Below are positions 37,401 to 50,003 of a stretch of DNA of 64,000 nucleotides, one piece after another. The stretch is from Phoronis australis (Eukaryota > Animalia > Phoronida): the NCBI GenBank assembly GCA_002633005.1, contig NMRA01000004.1, positions 1,121,793 to 1,185,792 on the forward strand, written 5' to 3'. Under the pieces are notes generated by a model. It ran no database searches. It saw only the letters and a list, made by a program, of their open reading frames with translations, and was not told the origin of the DNA. Numbering within the stretch: position 1 is the stretch's first letter; each line of letters opens with the position of its first letter. A program made the translations under genes and the position numbers.

Positions 37401-39178
37401 GCCAGAACAGAAGGATAGCTACCCAAAGCTCGAATGCAAAAAACTCTTGGTTCATAGCTCATGTCCTGGAGCAAAATGGTCTATAATTATTAAGCGTTAT
37501 CCCTGTAAGTGACTTTTAACCCTAATATGAACCCTGAGGATTTTGCATTAGTGAGGTAGTGGGGCGACTGTCTCACTTGTTAGATTTCTTTTACCTGGTG
37601 AGCGTAAATTCTCAAAAGTAAAGAAATGAGTTTAGTTTAGTGCTAAGTCGATTACCACCAGTAACCACCGAAATTTAACCATTGTATCAAAAAACATAGG
37701 AACGTAGTTTACAAGTCAGTGTGTATTTTGCCTCACTGTATGCTGATAACAATGAGGCGAGGTAAATCTCATGTATGGCAGACAGCTGAGCTGGTGACTC
37801 TCTGTCTGTGGTAGGCCTAAGCTTGGTACACTGACACAATGGGCTATACTGATGCATGTATTTTAAACTAGGTGATTTTTGTGTCTTCTTCAGGTTTAGT
37901 AGGTTTTATATCAACAAATTCATTGATATTCAAGAATACATAAACATTAAGCATAAAACTTCAAGAACCTGGATAATACCTGAATCATCAGTTAAGTGAC
38001 CTGATCAATCTGAAGCTAACTTTGGATATAGATCACTTTGCTGTTATAAAACCTTGTTCTTTTCCCAAATAGCACCTGATTTCTGGGTTTGCTAAGAACT
38101 AACAGTTCATTGATCCTGGAGACCATGTCCTGCACATAAAATAAGACCTTTCCCTAAGGTAATTGACCCTAAATCAAAAGTTTGTTTGAGATGAAGGGCA
38201 GGTTTATGGGTGCTTTAAATTATTCCAAATTACTTGGAAACAACTGGTGTATTTTTTGGTAATGCAAGCGATGTACAATTAAGGTGCTGGAAGGATTTAA
38301 GGTACATGTTTGCAGTGTATTGTGGTTAAATGGCCCTCAAGTTTTGACTGAAATTAGGCGTGAAAGGTCCTTGAATGTGGCGACTTGTAATCTTTACGAG
38401 GTCTCCAAGTCAAGCCGTGCTAGAATAGGTTTCCTTTTCCATAGTAACAGGCAATGCTTCGTTTTCGAATTCACAATTTTATGTTGGCCAACCCTAATAA
38501 AGACCAGTGTTTTTTGAGCCGTCGGTGGTTTCATTGTTCTTCTTGGTAATAAAAATAGACTCCTATCATTGCAAGGAATACTGTGAGGCCCATTTTATGA
38601 GAGTAAAAAGCCATATTCGATTTTCATTTTAGCCAGTTAAACTGTTCAGAATGTTGCTTTAACTTGGGCATTGACAAGTAGCCGTAGCATAAAGAAGCTT
38701 CATTGTAAAATTTCCAATTTAGGACGCAGTGTGGCCGACTGGTGAAATGTTATTTTATCATTTTTTTCCACTTGTAGCACCAAATTAAATGCATTTCCAT
38801 GTTCGAGTTTTGTACCACAGCTAACCATCAGACAAAGATTTGAAAAATTGTGGGCATTTACAACATTGTTGGATGCCCTTGAACGTTCAAAAAGGAGTTT
38901 CACTACTTGTGCTTGTCCAAAATTGGTGAGGTTTTACTATTCACCTCTTTCACGAACGCGGGGCGCTGCTGTCGTGTTGATCGAAAACGAGGCGCCTTGA
39001 CAAACATGGCATCGTCCTGCAAGGTGTTGTGGTCTAAGGACTTATCAACGTTACCAAAAATCAAGTTGTCTGATGTTGAATCGATCTCCAAAAAACATCC
39101 AATACTTACGGCAACTAGACTTTTACCCTCCTCAGCCATTCCTTAGTAGTTTTCCCTCTTTTGAAAAAGTGTGGAAGT

Positions 39179-40939
39179 CAGGGATATACCCACTGGCTTT
39201 TACTTTTAGTCTTGAAAAACCCTGCTCGCCAGCTGGGCGAGTGCCGGAGCTGAGAAAATCTACTCGCCAAGCCCGAAGTTCGGTCACCCGGCCGTTGGCG
39301 CCAGTCACCACAAACTTGCTGCTAATTTAAATAAAAATCATCGTTTCGTGCACTGATGTCACCATTTATTAGGGCTACCAGATCGCTCTAATAAGCGCCC
39401 AGGGGGACTCTTTGTAGCCTACGGCAGTTAAAACCTGGTCTCCGAAACGGGTGAAATCGGAAGCTAGGATTCATCAAATTTACGTGCTGTGACGTATGTG
39501 TAACCTATGACAGACTAGCTACAAAACTGTGGTGCATTGCTATCAAACTCTGTTGTTAAATTACGGCGATCTTTTTAAAAAAATGTACTGAAATCCCAGG
39601 GCGAAAACTTGCCGACTGATGCGTCGCTGCTTCGCGATCGTCGATAGGACAACTTGAATTCTTGAGTAAAAATAGTTTCGACTCAAATTACCTGAAATCC
39701 TCCCAAATAGCCTTTCCTAAGATTCTTAAGTTCCTGTGGACTCGGAGTCGGGATTAACCGCAGAAGTCAAAATCTAGTGCGCTAGATCACACCCCGCAAC
39801 GAGAAAAATCTGGACGAACAAATATGTTGTTTCACGTGACGTTTGTATTGAAGTGAATCAGCTGGTGTGCACCGAATGAGCGAGCGCGTGCGTGTCATCA
39901 GTGTTCATTTGCCAGAGTAGCAGGCCCAATGAGCTGTATAATGTAGTATATTTATCTCATTGAGCAGGCCCACATGTTATATGTGGGCCCTAGCGCGCGC
40001 TTCTTGGCCAAGTTTCGATTCGCAATTTTTATAATTTTTCGTGTACAAAACAATCTAGATTCCTGTTGTGGGAGAAGATCTGTACGGGAAAGATACAATA
40101 CAAATCCCGTTGACCTGAGTGCGCTGCGTCTCTTCTGATCAGGGCCAGACCATGTAGTGTGACACTTTCCTCGCAAGATCAGCAAATCTTTTGCGTTCTT
40201 TTTGAAGCACTGCGGAATGATCTGAAGTGTACAGCCACGGCTAAATACCGACATAGCGGCGAGGCTCGTGGTCTACTAGAAATTACGCGCACAATGATTT
40301 TTCAGAACTGTCGGATATTATTGATAAATTGAATACATTTACTGTAGAATTTTAGAACTGTGAGGTAAGACATTTTTCGCACTGATATATACACGTTCAT
40401 GGACTGGGCGCTTATTTTAGCGAAGTCTGAAAACGAGTGGGGACGCTTATAGGGGCATGGGCGCTTGTTAGGACGAATGTTATAAAAATAATTTTGGCTA
40501 AAATGACATTGTACATTACAATAAGAAATCAGTTCCAAGAAATATGGTATTTTATTTGCTATGAGCACATGGACCGGTCTTCCACCTTTCTCCCCTTTTC
40601 TTCGTTTCGGACTAGTCCACAAATTCTTTGTGCACGACCACACACTGTGTTTTTTTGACGAATCGCGTAACTGGTGACATGTACTGAATCGGTAGGGTCG
40701 CACTGCGCCGATGTTTTTTACTGCCGGAGCATCGACACGATGACCAAACTGAACCTTAAATTCATGATAAAAACAGCACAAGGAGGAGGAAAATTATTCA
40801 TATTCATCTGGGAAACGATATATAGTGCTTTTGCGCTCTGAAATTTGCTCGCCACCGGGCGACCGTCAAGTCAACTTCTACTCGCCCAGCACCATTTTTA
40901 CTCGCATTGGCGACTGGGCGAGTGGCTAAGATATCCCTG
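39179..40939. mobile_element. hAT-like non-autonomous element (middle layer of nest)
   Basis: Termini cagggatat / atatccctg; repeated ctcgcc/ggcgag subterminal motifs at both ends. Flanks ggaagt / ggaagg are only a partial target-site match. Confidence 0.7.
39376..40484 (-). mobile_element. Pogo-like non-autonomous element (inner layer of nest)
   Basis: Ends taccagatcgctctaataagcgccca / tgggcgcttgttaggacgaatgtta, repeated taagcgccc motifs, and homology to 31260-31876. Confidence 0.75.
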
Positions 40940-43900
40940 GGAAGGATACCGACGAGATATTACTGGAATTGGTACGTTCAGGCACTGCACACTGTACACC
41001 ATGGCCAGCTGGCGATCACTCACGAGGTTTTATCATTGTGCCTCGTTTTCGATCAGTATTTAAAGATGGCGCGGGAAGATGGCGCTTTCGTGAAATAGGT
41101 GAATAAGGCTAATTCTTTTTAAGCTTGTATTCAGTGTGCTTGAAGTTATAGTTTACCACTAAAGCCCAACTGACATTGCTCATGTCACATATCAAAACTA
41201 GTAAAAATCAATCTTGCATACTGTTAGGCATTTCCTTGGCCATTTTTATTTTAGTTCATAATCATTCTAAGACTCCAGTCTGTCTGTGTGGCTTTGCTGT
41301 CCCTCTCTCCCATTGCTTCAGTGCTTATCTTTAAACCATTTGTTGCTTTGGTGACACAATTTGTCCATAATCTTTCTCTTCATAGTAAATATGTACATTG
41401 GATGACTATTGTGCCGTTTCTATGTGTTTTGACATCCCAGAAATATTTCAAGAAAAAAGTACACAGGATTTATTTATTCTACTAACTGTCATGTTCCCAC
41501 AGGATTCAGGAATAGGGTACTGCAAAGTTGTTTCCCCTATTGGCAGACACTGACACTAAACAGTCAATGCATGTGCTGCACCAGTGTTTTTTTTCAATAC
41601 AGAGAAGGACTGGAATTTTAATTGAATCAACAAATCAGTACACTGTGAAACCCCCTCCCCTCCCCTGGTAAAATCCAGGAAATTTAGTAATTAACTCAGA
41701 ATCCAGGCAAATTCATGTCCTATTGTGAAAATTTTTGTAAAATTTGCTTGAAAAATACAAGGTGATTCTATCGAAATCTTATCAATGTGGCACCAGTCTT
41801 CTGTCTCTCTGAGGCGTTGAATTATCAGATAACAAAATTTATGCTGCAGGTATTATCTATTTATGTCAGGTGATTAGTTGAATCTAAAGTGTGCTCAATA
41901 TTGATTGCCAGCTTCACTTCATGGTGTAATTTGGACATGGACTTTGTATGTCTAATGACTCGAGCTGTTGGGAATTTGATCGTACAACCTATGTTCAGCT
42001 TGCCTCTGGTCTGGCCCACTTGGTAAAAAGCATGGTCATGCTTTTGATTTCAAATCAACCAGAGTTCATCATGTTGATTTATGAATTGTATTTAGGTCAT
42101 TAATTCTATTCACAGGTGGACCCATGTTATATTCTCAAATAATATTTCAAATACTGTTGTTGAATTGTAAGGTGACTAGGTATAATAATTGCTACTTGAA
42201 AGTAGGACTTTTGGGGTTGTTCAAGGGGAAAGCCACTAAGCATTTGTGTTTGCTTAACTAATCACACTGGTTTGGGAGACATTTTTCTGCATTAATTGCT
42301 GTTTCCTTGCATGTATTTACAATCAGCACAACAATTGATAATGATGTAAACCATTGGCTTGCATCTCGGTTCTGCATTTAATACACCTGTTCAGCTGACA
42401 TGAATGATGGACACAGATTGTGTTAGGGAGTCAGGCATTATGTTTGCATAATTTGCACTGAATGCAGAGTCAAGCTGTGGGCATTTTCAGGGCCATTTAC
42501 GTCATTCTGTAGTGGTCTCTGGATGGTACCTACTCACCAAGGGAGCATTGCCAAGTGAACTGTTAGAAAAATGTTTCAACAAGATAACAAATGTAACATC
42601 AGTAACACTTGCTTTCCCCTCAAGTTAGATGTGCAGCCAAAGGGTGTGGGACAGTGAATTTGACTGGTACATCAAATGCTGAATGCGGTAGAGTGCATCT
42701 TTAATGGAATGCATGCACAAAGTGGCCTGATTTTGGAAATGTGGATGTTCAATGCTAAGAAAATCCAAAAAGGTTTCACGTTTTGAGAAAATGATGTACC
42801 AGCTTGGAATTGTAGGTGGTAAAGCTGTCCCAGAAGTTTTGTTCTTCTTGAAATTTCGCTGATTTTGGAACGAGTGGAGATTACAGCACTCCCGTTGTAC
42901 AAATCTTGCTTTTACCCTTTGAACAGTTAATGTCCATTGATTCCACACAGTTCTGATTGGATGAAGTCTTTGCATTCACTCACCAGGGACCTGAGAGTGT
43001 TTCCTATAAACATGTTGTGTCTGTATTATCTCTCATAATAGCAGCAGTATATCAACTGTAGACCATTAGTTAGGGGTTTAGTATTGATCAAGTTCAGCAA
43101 AACTAATAGACAGATACATTTATGTGCTGAGATTTCATGCCACAGGCAGGGGACTACTATTGTCGCCAAGCTGGAAGCCAGTTCAGCTTTCTGTCCGTAC
43201 ATCCAACTGTGAAATAAATTACTCTTGGATTACACTAGCTGTTTTGTGCCCAGTGTCTTAACAACTAATATTGTTAATGAGTGGGCATTGTATGGCGAGT
43301 GGTGGGTGTCCTCTTGGACTCAATGGTACTATCTCACCAATTTTGGACAAAACTTATTGGCTGAATTAATCTTTTTTAATTTTTTAAGGCTCCTGGCGTT
43401 GTGAATGACTGCAATTTCTTGAATCATTGTCTGCTGTAATGATTAAGTACGCATTGTTTGCTACTGGTCTTTTAAGGAAAAATACAATTTCATTTGTCTG
43501 CCGTATTGCGTCCTAAATTGGGGAGATCGTTTTCTCACTTAAAAGTGGGTTTTCTGTGCCATGTTCTTTTGTTATCGTGACATTGGATGTGTTTAATGCA
43601 CATGTAATAAATTTTAATAATCGATATTAGTACTAAAGAGAGGCTAAAATGGATTGAAGTGTAATTTTATCGTTGGTTTGATGTCAGGGTAGATCTTTGT
43701 TTTAATTGTATAATTGTATTTTGTAGCATTGTGAAATTTGAAAATAAAAATATATCTCCATTTTTAGTGTTTCGATGCACCACTTCCACAGGCAATCTAA
43801 ATGTTCATTTGATTGTCAACTCTTCCAACAGTGTTATTTTAAGCCACTTTCCATCCCCAGAATTAAACCACTGACAGTGATGAAATTGCTTTCAAATTAC

Positions 43901-46900
43901 TCCTTAGTCAAATTGGAAATGAAAACTGGCGGTTTATTGTCGCTTGAGACCAGACTCTACAATAGGTTGGCTTATGTCACATGGTGTCGTTTTATGCAAC
44001 AAGGGGGCCCGTGTAATTTTTTATGCACCAAGCGTGGTCTCATGGAATAGGGGACTGTTGGGTATTTTCAAAGCCAGGCATTACTTCTGGTTTGAGTAAG
44101 GAGCAAGTGGTGGGAATGCTTGGGTCAATAGTCACTTTAATAAAAACAGAAATTCAGATGGGATGAAACTTATGATGGGCGGTTGAAGCGGCTGTCATTC
44201 ACAGCACCAAAATTAGTCAATGTTGTTAACACTGAGCTGACATTCACACTTAACAGTTGTTTGAAGGGTTTACTGATATATAACATAGTTGTATTGTACT
44301 ACATTATCCAAGATATCAGAAACACATCCTACAAAGCCTGCGTATTAATCACAAATGAGTTGGCTTTAGATCATGTTTCATATTGATCAACCAATGTCTA
44401 CAAATGCACCTTATGGTCTAATGGGAAAATGAACTTAAACTCCCAGATGCTTAAAACTATAGTCACTTGAATAGAACAGTCTGTCAAACTTTGATGAAGG
44501 ACTCTATTTAAGGTGAAACACCTGTGTGGCATGGCTGTGCTAATGAGATTGCCATCCTTGCCATGATAGGATGATGGGCGATTAATTGAGACTGAGATTA
44601 GAAATGCAAAACTTCATCAATAAACAGGTTTCCGTCCTGTTAAACATGGTTTCCCCTTTGGTAAACCATGGTTTAATGGTTTGTAATTGGAGCTCACCCA
44701 CTCAGTGTAAAATTACTTAGAGATTGGTCAACCATATTTGAAGACAATTATGACTTGTGTTGGTTGTGAAATTATGAAATTCTTTGCAATTCACTGTTAA
44801 GCTGGTTAAAAGAAGATTGAATTGGCCTTTACTATATTAAAATTGGACTCTTAGTTTTCATGACCATGATAGGATCCCATTTCCATTACCAACGAGAGCA
44901 GCGAAACCATTGGGGACTCAAGAAAATGCTTAGAGCTTATTCAGGCCAACTAACCCTAAAATTAAGTTTATAAACAGGCATGTTTACATTGTCCATGGCT
45001 GAGTTGCCCTCTCATTCAGCAGCAATTCAAGTTCAGATGAGTTTGGTACCATTTAAACCCCAAAGCATTGTTCAGAATTCAATATTGACCGCTAATCAGC
45101 AGTAAAATCCTTCCCATCCACCTTTAATTTCACAAGTACTTCACTGTTGACCGGTGATTCACTGGTGTTAACTGTTAAACAAATGCCAAGTAGTCTACAC
45201 AGAATCTTCTCTAATGAGACTTGCTGAAAAGGTGGCTTCCTCTTCAGTTAATAAAATGGTCTGTAATGAACCAGAGCAGCTGTTACATGCTTTAGCCCCT
45301 CTGATCTGAAGCAACTCAATTTACTATCAATTTAGACCTCACTCCACTCGCATTCCTCGAAAAGTCCTATTTTTACCCAAGAGCTGAAAATTTTCTTGAT
45401 TATGTGTTTATGGATGTATTGACAAACTGCTAGGTCATTTGTGGCCTCCACTGACAAAATACTGGGAGGCTCTCTTGACCACATTGAGCTGATTGGATTT
45501 TTGGTACCACTTCAATGGACTTAACACACGGGACTCCCTACAGTATAAACATGGACATTCGAACACCAGCATGATGTGCTTGAACTCTCTGGTGTGGAGA
45601 AATTTTACATTTGTTGATTTCTCATAAATCACTGTCACAGCAAGTGTCATTGGGCAGATGATTTTAAAAACATGAGTGTTTTGGGACATCCAGTTGAAAT
45701 CATTTTAAATATTGGAAACATTTTATAACCAACCACTCTATGTTATCTGACCGGGGCTATCCAATCGTCAAAAACAGCAAGCATTCAAGTAATTAATGCT
45801 TTCTCATGATGTTTACCACAAAACGTTTCCTGGTAGTAAACAAGTTAATTATGAAATCAGCATTTTGTGCCTTTCCTGGATATTATTTTGTTCATAGAAT
45901 CCACTCGATTTCTCAATTATTCCTGGAAATTTCTAAATCCACCTATTTAGCATACCCATGGGGAACGAGTCAAATTGTATTTCATGGTCATATTTCTCAA
46001 TAGAAATAAAGATTGAGAGTTGTAGTCTCCTTTTGGCTTGGCTTGTATAGTGCAGTTATCATACAAAAACCTTTTTGTATGAGATTACGGTCCATTTGCA
46101 CCATTGACAATTTGGACTACGGTGATTCTCTTAATTTGCATGAAAATAATTTGCCAAAGTTGTCATTTTTCAGAGGCCAATTACTTTACAACAAAAACAT
46201 AGATAATGTATGAAAAGATGTTTTCCGACATGTAGACCGTACACACCATGCTGGTAATTGACTAGAATTTTCTGAACATTTAGTTTTGAGAAGAAATTTG
46301 ACAAAATAGAACTCCACTTGTCGGCGTGTAATAAGCTGAATAGGAGATGAATTACTGTATTATTTTATTATGCAAAATATTTGTTGTTTGCCTAGAGATG
46401 TTTATTTTGTGCGATAACGTAAATGGATGAAATTCACGAGGTTTCAAACAGAATTCCCTTATTTCAGTAGTACATATGTTTTTGTTTTTTGATTTTTAAA
46501 AAAATAGACTGTAATCAACGGAATCTCCCTATTGTGGCCACGACATGTTCAACTAGTTGTACATTCTTTCTTAAGATGGCACTGTTCCATTTAAATTACG
46601 GTTTTGAGAAACAATAAACATGGTGTGCAGCAAATTATTGGTAAAACGGAGATGCGCCATAATTCAGCGGAAAAAGTAAGGCAATTCACAGGTTATTTAT
46701 CAGTTCAAAATAGTGAAACGGAATTTGCTACTGTGCAATATGGCAAAATGGAATTTTATCTTTCTTAAAATGGATTGCTCTGTTTTTAAAAACGGGAAGT
46801 CGTGGTCTCTATTCGCCTCAGTCAAAATTGACGTTCCTGTCTATAGTTTCGAAGCAACCAAGATTTTTGGTCATTAAATCCCATTGAACAGTAACGTGAA

Positions 46901-49700
46901 GTCGTACTAAAGTCACTAACTAAAATAGACTGAATTTTCGGCGGTTAGCACAATCTTCCCGTCCATTTACTCCATAGTCATGTCGTATGCAACTGGTCGT
47001 ATTTAACAAAACAAAGGGTTCTACCCCAAAACATGAACTTAAACCGAATAAACTGTACGATATTAGATGCTAAGTTTGCAAACAAAATCAGGGACACATA
47101 ATAAAAAAGCGATGTCGCTAGATTCAACAAGTCAACAGCAAGTTACTATCCTGAACCACAAGGCCTTGTCAAAATTTTAATGATAGTTCAGAACAGATGT
47201 GCTCCAGTTCCTCTTGATTGTGTCCAGTCAGCTTGTAACAAATTCGTGAATGTAGCAATTCAATGACTCACACCATCCTTCCTGGATTTTTTTGAATTTC
47301 CAATCTTGGGTCTGATTTCATGGTTTGGTTGTATAAACTAGAAAGTTTTGTTTATAGCCATTCCTTGTTTATGGCCATTTCTTGACAAATGAGCTTGTTG
47401 TCTTTGGAGAGTAATGTTAGCAGGCATTCACCCACACAATATTACATCAGCATTTCCTGTCAGTTCCCTGGCTATATTCAGGACTTGCTTGGATAGCTTG
47501 AGTCTTATTTGAGGATGATGAAGCATGGAAGAAGGGATTACATTTTAGCAATGTATGTTTTTTTGAAAGCCTTTGTAAATTCAGACACAGTTAATTTGCA
47601 TTCTTTGTTGACCAGATAGTGTGAATTGTTTTAAAATCAGAGTTGATCTTGCCTTTTTAGAAAAGCAGTTATTTCTTCAGAAATTTTTACCTTAATGTAC
47701 GTTTGACGAAGACATTACTAATAAAGCATTTGATCAAATAATCTTGTTCCGTTTCTGCTATCTTAGCAGTTTTTCTCTTCTGTAATGGGTGATAATAACA
47801 TTCAGTCATCCATCCATCACAGAGGTTGTTGAACCTACCACCAGATGTCAGTTGTGACTGAAGAAAGGGTTTCCTGAAAGTAGTCCCAGTTTAAGAGAAG
47901 TCTCCATGTTCAAAAAAAAACTCCAGCACTGTAAGCCCCAGTGAAAACAAAAAGAAACATATCTCGTAGCCCTTCGGGAGATCTATCATTAGCCAAAATT
48001 CTGAAAGGTTATGGGAAATACCAGTGCAAATCAAGAAAACTGTCAGAATAAACTAATGGATATTGTAGATGCAGTGCATTTTTAACCATGTACATCAAAT
48101 TTCTACACCAGACACCAGAAAAATTATTCATCTAACCAAAGACAATTGCAGTTGGTAAACAACTTTGCAAAAATTATATTAGAAAATCAATCGCTTATGT
48201 CTAATTCATTTATAAATATAAAGACAAATTCTGTGAAGAGTCACGTTAGATACGTTCAAGATTCATTTCTCACTTTGAAGTCATGTCTGTTTCCATTTTG
48301 GCAGGCTGGATTTAATTTTTTCTTATGTCAGAACTTAATATCTAAATCTAATCCAAGTGGTCAGTGCTTTTATCCAGTTCTCTCACCTGCACTGACTTTC
48401 TCTGATTGGTAAGCTAAAATAGTAAGGTTATTTAGGCCTTCATAAACAAGCCGGTGCACTTAGCCAAATAAATGTCTACATTTTTATTTTAATTCAACTC
48501 TCAAAATTTAAATTGTTTGAAAATTGAAAAGTTGTAGAATTAGATTTTTAACTTTTGCGAATCTGCCATTTATCAGCTGCATGACCATGCGTAGTAAAAT
48601 TTAGCCCTAAACCAAAGCAGTTTCGTAGCAAAACAACAGTATAAATAGCATGACCAAATTTCATTTGATACATATGTTCAACATGAAATCTCAAAAGCGC
48701 TGTTACATTATTTTAAATTATCTCGTTTTTGTTTTATGCGATTTTTTATGAAAATCATGAAAGCCCTGTTTTTGGTAGTTCCTGGTGCAGAAGTGAAACA
48801 TTTGTGAAACAGTCCCAAAGAGTGTTGTGAGAATAGTGCATAAGTCACATGTTCAGGCTTCATATGAATGCGATCAGCCATTTCTGAGATATAATGCTCT
48901 GAAAGTAGCCAAATCTATATATATATATTTTTGGTGCCCCTCTTACCCTTACATAGTTGCTGATGCAGATCCATGCTGCTATTTTAGTTGATGACAAATG
49001 AACGTCACAGACACACTGGTTATGTCTAGAAAGTGCTGGGCTGTGAAAAAATGACAAAATGACTGAAGATTTACACTTTCCTGGGTTATTGTAAAGGAGA
49101 GTTAAATGCATCTGGCTAAGACCAGTTGTAAAAACTATTTTTTAATATTGTCAAGAGTTTTCATGTGAATATCCAAAGTCCGATGTCTTTCAATCAGTGT
49201 AAACGAAATTATGAACTTACCATAGAGCCACCTGCCAACAGACTAGTTCCCCCCTCCATGCAGATATCTCAAGTGCCATCTTTTGGTGATACTTGGAACC
49301 AGGATGTTAGATTTTAGGAATGTTGAAGCACACATGGTCAGTAAAATTCACTTTGTTATTTAAGTGCAAATGTATGGCCTTTGAGATGCTACTGTGAAGT
49401 AACTGGCATATTATGGTAGAATTGGGTATCAGACTCGAACAATACATATTCCTGAGAAAGATGTGCTTAGGAACTTAACCTGAAGATAGGGATGTCTAGG
49501 TGAGCTTCAGTCTGGTAACTGTCATATTTTGGACTGTAGTATTTAAAACTGCCAGTTATGGGAAGGTAGAAATTTACATGAGCAATGTGAAAAATAACAA
49601 AGAATTGCATATTCTTAAACAACTTTCTTGTTTGCAAATAAAGATTAACTGCCATTTATCCATTTTTGCAAACAAACTTGGAACTGTATTTTCTAACTTC

Positions 49701-50003
49701 TTGTAGAACTCTTCTGATTATATGGTGTTTTTGTCATAGTCAAGGGTATTAGGAGCTGGGATTGAAATATGGTGTCTAGTGCCTTTTAACATTTAGATAA
49801 TTTAAATTAATTGTGAACCTCCATTGCGTTGTTTCACTTTTCATCAAAGAATATTTAACTTTTTGTAGAAGAACTCTTTCGATTTTATGGTGTTTTTGTC
49901 TTAGTCAGGGATATGGGTCAGTTTGGAATGAGCTGTGGTGTCCAGTGCCTGTTGCCATTTACATTATTTTAAATTAATTGTGAACCTGCCTGGGGGTGTT
50001 TCA
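49701..50003. repeat. Diverged tandem duplication, period ~162 bp, 2 copies
   Basis: ttgtagaa...atggtgtttttgtc...tttaaattaattgtgaacct...tgtttca at 49701-49836 and 49863-50003. Confidence 0.85.

Larger units (their letters stand above)
38938..41105. mobile_element. Outer MITE (~400 bp net) of a three-level nest
   Basis: TIR tattcacctctttcacgaa (38938-38956) / ttcgtgaaataggtgaata (41087-41105), plus a subterminal inverted pair tgatcgaaaacgaggc / gcctcgttttcgatca. Confidence 0.8.

Noticed and set aside
40302-40781. 159-aa minus-strand ORF (and ORFs at 38903-39330, 39952-40254)
   Set aside because: They cross boundaries of non-autonomous repeats and show no transposase or other domain motifs.
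42625-42975. 116-aa minus-strand ORF as a retroelement or gene fragment
   Set aside because: No recognisable RT, endonuclease or other motif, and no splice support.
47858-47892. ctgaagaaagggtttcctgaaagtagtc hammerhead-like core
   Set aside because: Stem II is plausible but stems I and III cannot be formed.
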